From positions 6,448,001-6,512,000 of the forward strand of contig NW_027362054.1 of NCBI RefSeq assembly GCF_039654945.1: a stretch of DNA of 64,000 nucleotides, in the 5' to 3' direction. Positions 51,133 through 61,875 of the stretch are shown one piece after another (the stretch's first letter is position 1; each line of letters starts with the position of its first letter). The translations under genes and the position numbers were made by a program. The stretch comes from Dendrobates tinctorius. Lineage: Eukaryota. Below the pieces are notes generated by a model. That model saw only the letters and a list, made by a program, of their open reading frames with translations. It had not been told where the DNA came from and made no database searches.

Positions 51133-53653
51133 TATCCCCCCCCCCCTTCTGCTCAGACCACTCCGGTCGAGCAATGACACCCGCCAAACAGTGCACTCGG
51201 GACAGGGCATCTGCATTTCCCATCTGTACCCCTGGGCGGTGCTCCACCGTTAAAGTGTAGGCCTGCAGGGCAAGGAACCACCAGGTCACCCGGCTATTCC
51301 GTTCCTTGTTCAAGTGCATCCACTCTAGAGCCCACTTAATGGCGAGGCACTCTTTTTCTACGACTGCATACCTTTGCTCGTGTTTATTCAGTTTCCTGCT
51401 GAGATAGAGGACTGGGTGTTCCACTCCGTCCCTCACTTGTGAGATTACAGCCCCGATACCGGTATCAGAGGCATCCGTTTGTACCACAAACTCACTGCGG
51501 AAGTCCGGAGTCACCAGTACGGGCTGAGAGCAAAGTGCCCGTTTTAGGCTATGGAAGGCTTCTTCAGCCGCTAAGCTCCATTTAATCATGACGGAGTCTT
51601 TCCCTTTTGTAAGATCCGTCAGGGGGGTAGCGATGGCTGCAAAATTGGGTATGAACCGGCGATAATAACCGGCGATCCCCAGGAAGGCTTGCACCTGCTT
51701 CTTGTTGACAGGTTGTGGCCAGTCCTGAACCTCCAGAATCTTATCAACCTGGGGTTTAACAACACCCCTCCCAATTACATACCCCAAATACCGGGCTTCT
51801 TCTAGCCCGATGTGACATTTCTTGGGGTTTGCGGTTAGACCTGCCTCCCACAGGTCGTCAATCACAGCTTGTACTTTCTGGAGATGAGTCTCCCAGTCCA
51901 AGCTGTAAATGACAATGTCATCCAAATAGGCCGAAGCATACCGCCTATGTGGCCTCAAGACTCGATCCATCAGTCTCTGGAAGGTCGCCGGTGCCCCGTG
52001 CAGTCCAAACGGCATATACACATACTGAAATAAACCTTCCGGCGTAGCAAATGCCGTCTTTTCTCTGGCAGCCTCCACCAGAGGGATCTGCCAATACCCC
52101 TTTGTTAGGTCTAGGGTCGTAATATACCGGGCTTTTCCTAACCGATCTATTAACTCGTCGACCCGGGGCATGGGGTAGGCATCAAATTTTGAGACCGCAT
52201 TCAGTTTCCTGAAGTCATTGCAGAACCGGATGGTGCCGTCCGGTTTAGGAATTGGCACAATCGGGCTGGACCACGCACTGTGCGATTCCTCAATGACTCC
52301 TAACTCTAACATTGCCTTCACTTCTCGGGAAACGGCTTCACGGCGCGCTTCCGGGATTCGGTAGGGCTTTACGTGAACTGTGAAACCAGCTTCCGTTACG
52401 ATGTCATGTTTCATTAGCATAGTCTGCCCGGGTTTTTCTGAGAAAAACTTTTGGTTGTGAAGTAGAAACTGCCTGACTTCCGTCTTTTGCCGCTCCAAGA
52501 GAGTCTCTGCAACCCGTACCTCCGGTACGGTATGCGAGCAGACAGGACGGGCCAGCTCCGCTGACAAGGCAGACCGATCCTTCCAGGGCTTTATCAGATT
52601 TACATGATAAATCTGTTCAGGTTTCCGTTTACCTGCCTGGTATACTTTGTAGTTTACTTCACCAACTCTTTCCTTGATCTCAAAGGGGCCCTGCCACTTT
52701 GCCAGGAACTTACTGTCCACCGTGGGGACCAGGATCAACACCCTATCTCCGGGTGCAAACGTACGGATCTTGGCGCCCCTATCATAGATTCTTTTTTGGG
52801 CTCCTTGAGCCTGTATCATGTGTTCTTTGACGATAGGCATAACAGCCGCAATACGGTCCTGCATTTGTGTGACGTGATCTATCACTGTTTTAAATGGAGT
52901 GACCTGACCCTCCCAGGTTTCTTTTGCAACGTCTAACAGTCTGCGAGGACGTCGGGCGTACAATAACTCGAAAGGCGAGAATCCCGTGGAAGACTGGGGT
53001 ACTTCCCTGATGGCAAAAAGCAAATACGGAAGTAAATAGTCCCAGTTCTTCCCATCCTTGTCTCTCACCTTTCTCAGCATCTGCTTCAGAGTTTTATTGA
53101 ACCGTTCAACCAACCCGTCTGTTTGAGGGTGATACACGGATGTGCGTAACGGTTCGATTTGTAACAATCGGCAGAGCTCCTTCATTATCCTGGACATAAA
53201 GGGGGTCCCCTGGTCGGTGAGTATCTGTTTTGGTATACCGACCCGACTAAACACATGCACCAGCTCCTTGGCAATCGTCTTGGTGGCCGTGTTACGCAAA
53301 GGGATGGCCTCCGGGTAACGAGTGGCATGATCCAAGATGACCAGGATATGTTGGTGTCCACGTGCAGACCGTGGAAGGGGCCCAACTAAATCCATCCCAA
53401 TCCTCTCAAACGGGACTTCAATAATAGGTAGGGGTACCAAAGGGCTACAGAACCGGGGCTTAGTTGCAGAGGCTTGGCAGTCAGGACTAGACTCGCAATA
53501 TACACGAATATCATGATGCATGCCTGGCCAAACAAAACAGTGTAATATCCTTTCGGCGGTTTTCTGGACTCCCAGGTGACCTCCCATCACATGTCCGTGG
53601 GCCAGGTCCAGCACCTGCCGCCGGTAGGGTTTTGGCACGACTAATAGTTGCAC
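51128..53653 (-). CDS. pol: integrase, then reverse transcriptase, then RNase H (841-aa open segment, frameshifted from gag-pro)
   Basis: H...GHLG zinc-finger remnant, IGMDLVGP, ILTDQG, GLVERFN, KWQGPF; RFCNDFRKLN, LDLTKGYWQ, MPFGL, YLDD; QTDAS, EKECLA, NADALSR. Confidence 0.93.
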   Translation of the reverse strand: MQLLVVPKPYRRQVLDLAHGHVMGGHLGVQKTAERILHCFVWPGMHHDIRVYCESSPDCQASATKPRFCSPLVPLPIIEVPFERIGMDLVGPLPRSARGHQHILVILDHATRYPEAIPLRNTATKTIAKELVHVFSRVGIPKQILTDQGTPFMSRIMKELCRLLQIEPLRTSVYHPQTDGLVERFNKTLKQMLRKVRDKDGKNWDYLLPYLLFAIREVPQSSTGFSPFELLYARRPRRLLDVAKETWEGQVTPFKTVIDHVTQMQDRIAAVMPIVKEHMIQAQGAQKRIYDRGAKIRTFAPGDRVLILVPTVDSKFLAKWQGPFEIKERVGEVNYKVYQAGKRKPEQIYHVNLIKPWKDRSALSAELARPVCSHTVPEVRVAETLLERQKTEVRQFLLHNQKFFSEKPGQTMLMKHDIVTEAGFTVHVKPYRIPEARREAVSREVKAMLELGVIEESHSAWSSPIVPIPKPDGTIRFCNDFRKLNAVSKFDAYPMPRVDELIDRLGKARYITTLDLTKGYWQIPLVEAAREKTAFATPEGLFQYVYMPFGLHGAPATFQRLMDRVLRPHRRYASAYLDDIVIYSLDWETHLQKVQAVIDDLWEAGLTANPKKCHIGLEEARYLGYVIGRGVVKPQVDKILEVQDWPQPVNKKQVQAFLGIAGYYRRFIPNFAAIATPLTDLTKGKDSVMIKWSLAAEEAFHSLKRALCSQPVLVTPDFRSEFVVQTDASDTGIGAVISQVRDGVEHPVLYLSRKLNKHEQRYAVVEKECLAIKWALEWMHLNKERNSRVTWWFLALQAYTLTVEHRPGVQMGNADALSRVHCLAGVIARPEWSEQKGGGDM

Positions 53654-53690
53654 CGTATCTTCCCCCTTTTTCTCTATCTGATAGAGTAAA

Positions 53691-55322
53691 TCATTCTCCA
53701 GAACTCATGTAAGGATATGCCAGCCTAGAGCCAGGTTCTACGGGTACCCCATTTATCACTTTTACATTTGTCCTAGCCTGAGAAAGGGTAGGATCCTTTA
53801 TTTGCTCGCTTTGGAAGTCATCTTTCTGAACTTCTAAATCCGGCAATCGGGGAGGTGGACGGCTGTCAGCCTCCTCCTCTTCCCCGGTCTCCTCATTATC
53901 ACCCGCCATGACTGAAAACGGGAACTGCAGGTCATTTCCCGCAGACTCTTTCCCCGAGTCTTCCGGGAAGACCTCTTCCCGGGGTTCGGGACCCACACGC
54001 GCCCTGGGAGAAGAATCATGTACACTATTACCCGAGGGCATCAACTGATTCTCCCACAATTGCCAGAAGTGGGGAAAATCCCGGCCCAGGATAACATCAT
54101 GCAATAACGCCGGGACGAGTCCCACTTTATGTTGCACAGACCCATAGGAAGTAGTAATGCATATGACCGTGTTGAGGTACGAACAGGTGTCTCCATGCAC
54201 ACACGTTACAGAAAATTTGTCTGATGGTCCAGTCGGGGCTGACACCAGACTGGCCTTCACCTGAGTCACCACACTTCCCGAGTCTAACAATGCCACCACA
54301 TTTTTGCCATCAACAGTTAAATCACACAAGTGTTTTTCCACATCCTTTTGACCGGCATTCACACTCACTACCCGTGCAACCATAGACATGCGTTTTTTAG
54401 AGTCTGTGACGTCGCACTGCATGGATTCAGTAGTGACCGGACAGTTCGCAGCAATATGTTCCATCTCTTGGCAGCGGAAACACCTAACGGGCCCCTTGCT
54501 TAGACCATAGTTCGTTACTCTCGGCCTCGCAGTGCGGGCAGTCCCGTTTTCCTCCCCCACTGTCTTAGGGATTTTTCCATCTCCCCTACTCCCTGGAACA
54601 GTCTTACCGGTTCCACGTGGAGATGATGAAGAACGAGGTGGGGTAGCGTCGTCTCGGAGTCCTTCCGCCACGGAGTAACGTTCATCCAGATCCACCAGTT
54701 GATCTGCCGTCGTAGGATTTCCATGGCTTACCTACTTCCTCAGGGCTGGCGGTAGAGCTCTCAGGTACTTGTCCATGACGAATCTCTGAATTATCTCTGG
54801 CGCTGTCAACGCCTCGGGTTGTAGCCACTTCTTCGTCACGTGGATCAGGTCGATCATCTGGGACCGCGGTGGTTTATCCGGCTGATAAGTCCATTGATGC
54901 ACGCTCTGTGCACGGACAGCGGTCGTCACTCCCAGCCGGGCCAAGATCTCGGCTTTCAATTTGTCAAAGTCATAATAAGCCTTTTGGGCCTCACCGGAAA
55001 GAAACGGGGCAATCAGGCCGGCCCATCGTGCCTTCGGCCATTTTTCTCGCACCGCCGTCCGTTCAAACGTGGTCAGGTATGCCTCGACATAATTTTCGGT
55101 CGTCATTTTCTGCCAGTACCGACTCACGTGAATCACTCTCGACTCGGCTTCCAGGTTAAGCTCAGGTAAGCTTGCCAAGCGCTGTGCCACCTGCTGGAGA
55201 AGAGAACGATCGGTAACTGTCATGTCCACCAACTCCTTCAGCTGGGCTATCATCACCCGATTAGCTTCTTGCTGGACGGCGGTGGACTGTACCAGCGCTT
55301 TCACCACGTCCTCCATGCTCAT
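53691..55322 (-). pseudogene. gag (SCAN-like capsid, zinc knuckle) and aspartic protease; in-frame TAG at 54732-54734
   Basis: VEAYLTTFERTA, KWLQPE...LPPALRK*VSHGNP (SCAN-like), CFRCQEMEHIAANC, ALLDSGS. Confidence 0.9.
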
Positions 55323-55333
55323 GCTTGCAACGT

Positions 55334-55353
55334 GATGCCCGCGTTCTCCACCA
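55334..55353 (-). promoter_or_regulatory. Primer-binding site complementary to the tRNA-Ala 3' end
   Basis: Minus strand TGGTGGAGAACGCGGGCATC, 3 nt from the LTR; vertebrate tRNA-Ala(AGC) ends GATGCCCGCATTCTCCACCA as recalled (1 mismatch). Confidence 0.8.
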
Positions 55354-55356
55354 CAA

Positions 55357-55814
55357 TGTGATAAAACACTCCGGGATCGCCTTTGCTGGGGTCAAAGGTC
55401 ACGTGCGTTCAGCATGAAACTCAGGCGCAGAGCTGGGATTCGTGTATAACTGACCCTGGGTCAGGTTTATTAACGGTGAAAGCAATGCAAAAGGAAATAA
55501 AACATAAAACAAATCCTTGCCTGTCCGGCACTAACTAAACAATGGACAACCTAACTACCAACTGGCGGGCTTCTCCCGTCCAGCCAAACCACAGTTGCAG
55601 TGGGCACTGCTTCCACACACGTGTGTCTCTCACACAGACAGGCTCTCTGTGTTCCCAGGCTGAGACACTCACACAACCACCTTGCATCCTTTTATATCCA
55701 CCTCCCATTATCCATTAGTAAGCAGGTGCGATACTGACCAGACTAGGCCACATAGGAAAGGAATCTGGGCGAGATATACCTGCCCTCATCCACTATTCCC
55801 ACATGATTCTCACA
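55357..55814 (-). repeat. 5' LTR (458 bp, TG...CA)
   Basis: TGTGA...TCACA termini; TATAAAA and AATAAA on minus strand; 3 mismatches in 432 bp versus the other LTR. Confidence 0.95.
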
Positions 55815-55887
55815 ATTTTATATATATATATATATATAATATATCTCACTATGACTTATCTCAGCTAAGGCAAAGCCTAGATCCTCA

Positions 55888-56404
55888 GGCTACATTCACA
55901 CCATGGGCGAAGCCAGGATCAAACCTGGGGAAGGGGGGCAGAACCTCATACTGCACACCTCAGCTGCTGCAGAACCTTATACTGCACACCCCTACAATTG
56001 AAAATAAAGCCTGCACCTTAAGGTGTGGTGAATGCAGTCTATTTATTCCAACTATCAATTGATGTTGATGTGTTACTGAAGACGAGCAATGCCTGTCCTG
56101 AGCGTCCTTTAGGGCAGCTATGAGGTGTACCTGACTGGTGCTAAAAAAAAAAAAAAAAAGGAGTGTTAGTCTGTGTGCTACCCCGCTTTCATTCTTTTTG
56201 GTACAGATAAGATATGGATAGACAGAATATGGATAAATGGATGTATACAGCAGATTTCTAATCTGCTTTTGATATTGAAAACATTATCTATGAGCTCAAA
56301 AACCTTTCAGGTGATGCGGTTTTTTTAAAAAAGCTGATCTGCTTTTGCAGCTGAAAAACGTATCCTCAAAAAACGCAGCAAAAACGCTGTGTGTGAATGT
56401 AGCC
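55888..56404. mobile_element. Harbinger-type MITE carried within the hAT family
   Basis: GGCTACATTCACAC / GTGTGAATGTAGCC; the same insertion starts at ~25830 and ~58842 in the other hAT copies. Confidence 0.75.
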
Positions 56405-56929
56405 TTAGATCAGCAATAGAACAGCCATTTATAGGACATTTCATAACTTTCCCAAATTCCTATGAAAAAATATTCAGCACATTCTGCATTGAGCTACTGT
56501 ACCCAATATATTATATATTTTAGGAGTCGGTCCATTTTATACCGACTCCACCAAAATGAGCACCGACTCCATGACTCTGACTCCACAGCCCTGGTAATCA
56601 GGAACTACTTTTCAGGCACAATGCAAAGCTCAGAAGGGAAGGAGTGCCACATTATGGTGCAGATTTTACTATTAAGGTTTGTGGGTGCCATGACCCACTG
56701 GGTGAGCCTCTGAGGTGCCATAACAGCTTGAACCCCCATAAGTGACCCCATTTTACATACTACACCTCTTGATGCATTCATCTATGGTTGCAGTGATTAT
56801 ATTGACACCACAGATGTGTCACAGAAGTTTATACCATTGGGGAGTGAAGAAAATATAATTACATTTTTTACCACAAAGAAATTGTTTTAGTCTCAGATTA
56901 TACATTTTCACAAGGAGAAATGTCTAAAT

Positions 56930-57120
56930 CGATAATGATCCTAAAGACACATAAAGATTCTCAGTACACTACCTCAAAAGGTGCAACCTGAAGGTTTTAC
57001 AATGGCCTCACAGTCCCCTGATCTCAACATCTGTGAAAATCTCTGCCTAGACCTCAAAATAGCAGTGCATGCAAAATCACCCAGGAATTTCACAGAGCTG
57101 GAAGAATTTTTCCAAGAAAG
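56930..57120 (+). mobile_element. Tc1 transposase remnant
   Basis: DNDPK and WP.QSPDLNI.ENL...LK.AV motifs. Confidence 0.6.
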
Positions 57121-58648
57121 AATGTATTTTTTGGATTATAAGACACACATTTTTTCCCCAAATAACAAAATAGGGGTGTGTCTTATGATTCGAATATACC
57201 TTACCAGCTGCGGTGGACTGGGGTCCCAGGGTTGGTGCTGGCGGAGGCTGCAGTCCTCCGGCTGGGAGGAGGGGGTGTTCAGTGGTGCGACGTTGCCCCA
57301 GCGGCCATTTTCCCGGAGTCCTACCTCAGTGTAAATCATGGCAGCACAGGGGCTCTGGGCTTTCACCAAATATCAGCAGAGCCCCCGCACCACCAAACAC
57401 TCGCAGCGTAGCACCTCTCTAGACACCCCTTCCTTCTAGCATTGGGTCCACAGCTTGCCCCATTCCTGACTCCACCAGCAGCAACCCTGGGACCCCATTC
57501 CACCTCAGTCGCCACCCCTGGTAAGCAATAAGACGCGCGGATTATAAGAAGACCCACCATTTTATCAACCCCTTCCTGACGTGCCGTACGTATACTGCTC
57601 TGCGGGAGATGCGTGTGCGGGTGTCAGCTGTATGTGACAGCTGACACCCCCACAGCAATGCCTACGATTGAAGCTAGCACAGACCGCGGGCACTTAACCC
57701 CTCTGATGCTGCTGTCCGTAGTGACAGCGGCATAGAGAAGCATCTCGCAGGGAGTGGGCTCCCTGTGCGTTTCCATCGGGACATCGCGATGGCCTGATGG
57801 TCTCCATGGAAATTCCTGGCACAAAGATGGCCGCTGGGTCCTTCCAGGTCCTGCAGGGAAAGGTGGCTTGTGAGCACCTGCTGAGCTCTAGTGTGCCTAA
57901 ACCACATTTAGCGCCCACATGTTTGGCATTTCTGTAGTGATGAGAGCCCGCCTAATTTACAGGTGTGTGTCTCCAGAAGCATGAGCTGGGTGCAATGTAC
58001 TGGTCACTACAATGGCAGCTTGCAATTTTAACTCAGGAACATCCACTGGTTCTTGTTTCTGGAAAACACCCATGGAGTCAAAATCATCACAACATCTGTA
58101 GATAAATTCCTAAAGGGTTATCATTTCAAAAATGGGGTCATGTGAGGAGGGATTCTGCTTTTCTAGCACTTAGGGGCTCCTTATATGGAGTCCGCAAACT
58201 AGTCTAGAAAAATCTGCGCTCCGGGAGGCAAATGGCACTTCATCCCTCCCGAATCTCTCGGTATGACAAAGAAGTACTGTACAGCCACATATGGGGTATT
58301 TCTACGTTCAGCAGAAATTGTGGGACAAATGCTGGTGCCATTTTTACCCATTTCCCAGTGTGAAAATGTAAAACGTGTGGCTAACACACAATCTTGGTGG
58401 TAAAAATGTAAATTATTTTTTCTTCACTGCCCAATGGTATAAAATTGGTGTCAATATAATCACTGAACCTCTCAATGAATTCATCTAGAGGCTTAGTTTG
58501 TAAAATGGGGTCCCTTATGGGGGGTTCTGCTGTTCTGGCACCTGAGGGGCTCTGTCAATGTAACATGGCACCATAAAACTAGTGCAGCAAAATCTGCACT
58601 GTAATATGGCGCTCCTTCCCTTCTGAGCTTTGCACTCTGCCTCAAAAG

Positions 58649-59152
58649 CAGGGCTGTGGAGTCGGAGTCGGTGCTCATTTTGGTGGAGTCGGAGTTGGTA
58701 TAAAATGGACCGACTCAGACTCCTAAAATATATAATAAATTGGGTACAGTAGTTCAATGCAGAATATGCTGAATATTTTTTCCTAGGAATTTGGGAAAGT
58801 TATGAAATGTCCTGTAAATGGCTGTTCTATTCCTGATCTAAGGCTACATTCACACACAGCGTTTTTCCTGTGTGTTTTGAGGATACGTGTTTCAGCTGCA
58901 AAAGCAGATCAGCTTTTTAAAAAACCGCATCACCTGAAAGGTTTTTGAGCTCATATCTAATGTTTTCAATAGCAAAAGCAGATTAGAAATCTGCTCTATC
59001 TATGTATCCATTTATCCATATCTGTCTATCCATATCATATCTGTACCAAAAAGAATGAAAGCCGGGTAGCACACAGACTAACACTCCTTTTTTTTTAGCA
59101 CCAGTCAGGTACACCTCATAGCTGCCCAAAAGGACGCCCAGGACAGGCATTG
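58649..59152 (+). mobile_element. Truncated left arm of the GGAGTC hAT family, fused to a Tc1 fragment (59153-59228)
   Basis: CAGGGCTGTGGAGTCGGAGTCGG start; reverse complement of 56087-56593; 59153-59228 is the reverse complement of ~50197-50268. Confidence 0.85.
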
Positions 59153-59228
59153 CTCTGCCAAGAGTGTGCAAAGCAGTAATCAAAGCAAAAGGTGGCTACT
59201 TTGAAGAATCTAGAATATAAGACATATT

Positions 59229-59572
59229 CTAAGCTCCGCCCCCGGCCGCGCATACTCCGGTCAGCTCCTCCTCTGATCCCATGACACTGCATGCGATCAG
59301 CGTACCCTATATTTAGCGTTGGGTACGCTGGCCTGATTTTGCTGGCGCTGCGCCGAGCGCACAAAAAAGCAACACAGTGCGTTCCTGTGCGCTCGGCGCA
59401 AGCGCCGGCAAAATCATCCCAGCGCACGGCTAGTGTACCCAACGCTAAATATAGGGTACGCTGATCGCATGCAGTGTCATGCGATCAGAGGAGGAGCTGA
59501 CCGGAGGAGGCGCGGACGGGGGCGGAGCTTGGTTGCGGTGCTGTGCCTCCGAACGCAAATCTGAAAGTAGCC
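59229..59572. mobile_element. Palindromic Harbinger-type MITE lacking its left terminus
   Basis: Long hairpin; right end CTGAAAGTAGCC-TAA. Confidence 0.8.
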
Positions 59573-61556
59573 TAATCTGTATCTTCTCCCTTTCAGTTTC
59601 ATTCCATTCCTTCTCATATTTCCTTTCACAAATGAGAATAATAATGATCCCTCTACACTTTGACATCCCTAATATCCGAAAGAAAAACATGTACACAAGC
59701 AGCAATAATAATAAAAAAGTAAAAATTTTATTAACGTTAAAAAATGACAGTCAAGGTTATAAAACCGTGGGAAACCACAGCGTGGTACCAAGCACCCACA
59801 ATATATCAAATAGAGACTGTACACAGTAGATTTATATAATAGTAAAATACTTCCCAAGATAATATATATACAAAAAAACATCATGAAGTTATGACGTTTA
59901 CAAAGCAAAGCACAAAAAAAGTCCAAAGAACCAGGTATTCAGTATAGTACGAATATTACCTCTTGTGAGTGATGGTGCCAGCCCCAAAGCACGTTTCGGC
60001 TACTGCCTTCTTCCGACTCCCAGACATTCAGCATTGGAATACCTGTTTACACAATCAGTCCAGGCAAACGATGTGCAGTGAGTGATCTATACTAGGTCGC
60101 TCATTTCACATAGGCTACCATAGTCCTTGATAGTGGAATTCCTGTTTACACAGGACGATGTACCACCATGAAAAATGATTTTTTTTTTTTTTTTTTTTTT
60201 CCAGCTGCCCAAAATATCATTTCACCTGATGAACAAACCTTTTGTTTGCTCATCGGTTGATCAGCAGTCTTTTTATACTGCAAGCTCTTGAAACTGGTGT
60301 TTTAACAACGTTTGTTCACGATGCTTTGCAGTTTAAAAGCCCTTTAAAGTGATACATCTATGGAATCAGGGTCTCTGCCCCTACATCATGCCGCTGTAAG
60401 AATCCATTGCGAAATCCTGCAACAGATCCCCTTTAATGCTGTTTAGATTCCACCATGCAATGAATGCAACCAACTCTCGACTGAGCCTATTAACCATTAA
60501 ATGCAATCAGTCAAGGATTTAGTCAGTTTGGCACCACGAATGGCGCTGCAAGCTGCTATAGTTGGAATCGGCAGCGTGATCTAAGACCTTTCATTATGCT
60601 TCTGCGGTTATGTATTGTGCTATAACTGTAAGGAAAAAAAGGTATGGACCGCACATCCAACAATCATACATTGATCTAATGCCGCCATGTAAGAAAAAGG
60701 GTTAAATGTAAACATGAGGTTCCCAATTTTAACATTCAGATGAGACTGTGTGAAGCCCCCTGCCGCGTCACGGGTGTGTACTATACCTGTCAGTTTTCAT
60801 TTTTAGCTTCCTAATTTCCTTGTGTCTGAAGTGAGTAGTTTACCCCATCTGCATGGACATCTGAAAGTGACTAAACTGAAGAAGTGGAATATTCCAGCTC
60901 AAGACATTTTATCACACCATTTTTATTTTTTTTAACCAAGTATGGAACGTCTGAATCACTGGCGCGTTCCATCACCCAAGCAAATCTAAAGTAAGAAAGC
61001 AAAACCAGAAAGTACCATCGCTGTAAGAAGCTCAAGGAAAATCCTGCCCTAATCACTTGTGAACAGTGACCGGTGTGTGACTAGCTGTGGAAAGCACAGC
61101 ATTGATTCCTGCAGACCTTCCTTGTCTTATGCCTTGATTTGCAAAGCTGTAAATCTGCTCTTTAAAAATAACAGTCAGTGTTACAGAATCTGCATGTTGT
61201 GCTCTCCAAAATACCAGGCACGTGGTGTAAAATAGCAGAGGCTTATGTAACAGCAGGTGACTAACTGGCTACGCCGTTTTAAAGGCAAACACCACCTTTT
61301 ATACACCCTTTAAGAGGACCTGGCCTCTACCCTGGCGCGTCTTTAGTATAGCAATTCTTATTACTCTTCCTCAGGATTCACTGAGCTGGGTTTTGTCAGT
61401 TGGGGGCGTGTCCCTGCAGAGGCTGACATTGTCCAATCAGTACTATCATTGTTTACAAACACACCCCTTTTGAAACATGTAATGGTAACACCCAGTTGTC
61501 AATTTATTCACACTTCTTTATCAGAATTTGCACATTATAAAGTTCCAAGAGAAGAT

Positions 61557-61828
61557 TGAAGAATATTCAGAATTGAGAGTCCTCAGTGGTTGATACCTTT
61601 TCATGGGTAATTGAAAAAATGGTAACAAGTTGCAAGCTTCCGAGACTACTCAGGTCTCTTCATCAGAGTCTAGCCTGATGAAGAGACCTGCGTAGTCTCG
61701 AAAGCTTGCAACTTGTTACCATCTTTTCAGTTAGCCATGAAAAGGTATCAACCACTGAGGACTCTCAATCCTGAATATTTTTCTATCTACTGGTTAACAC
61801 GGTACCAAGATATACATCTTTCCTGTAT
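61557..61828. mobile_element. Penelope-like inverted-repeat insertion with hammerhead-ribozyme core, 11-bp TSD
   Basis: CAAGAGAAGAT at 61546-61556 and 61829-61839; ~105-bp arms; CTGATGA-AGAGAC-loop-GTCTC-GAAAGCTT. Confidence 0.75.
61675..61712 (+). ncRNA. Candidate minimal hammerhead ribozyme motif
   Basis: CUGAUGA box, stem II GAGAC/GUCUC, GAAA box, palindromic AAGCUU; stem I and cleavage site not verified. Confidence 0.5.
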
Positions 61829-61875
61829 CAAGAGAAGATGATGGTTTATAAGTTAGTGGGAATACAGTTATATCA

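Larger units (their letters stand above)
50701..55814 (-). mobile_element. Gmr1-like Ty3/Gypsy LTR retrotransposon, full structure, mutated
   Basis: Two LTRs, tRNA-Ala PBS, polypurine tract; domain order gag-CCHC-protease-integrase-RT-RNaseH. Confidence 0.95.
49759..56593 (-). mobile_element. hAT element (family of 25670-27537) containing Tc1 and Gypsy insertions
   Basis: CAGGGCTGTGGAGTC / GACTCCACAGCCCTG with perfect 8-bp TSD GTAATCAG (49751-49758, 56594-56601). Confidence 0.93.
49100..56930. mobile_element. TTAACCCCTT-terminated non-autonomous DNA element (piggyBac/T2-like) hosting the hAT nest; related copy at 57565-58648
   Basis: TTAACCCCTT start; recurrent GTGACCCCATTTT...ACTACACCCCTC modules on both sides of the hAT. 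Confidence 0.5.

Noticed and set aside
54732-54734. Programmed gag-pol stop readthrough
   Set aside because: Stop falls mid-capsid at an expected Trp (LRK-W-V), upstream of the zinc knuckle; a TGG>TAG mutation is simpler
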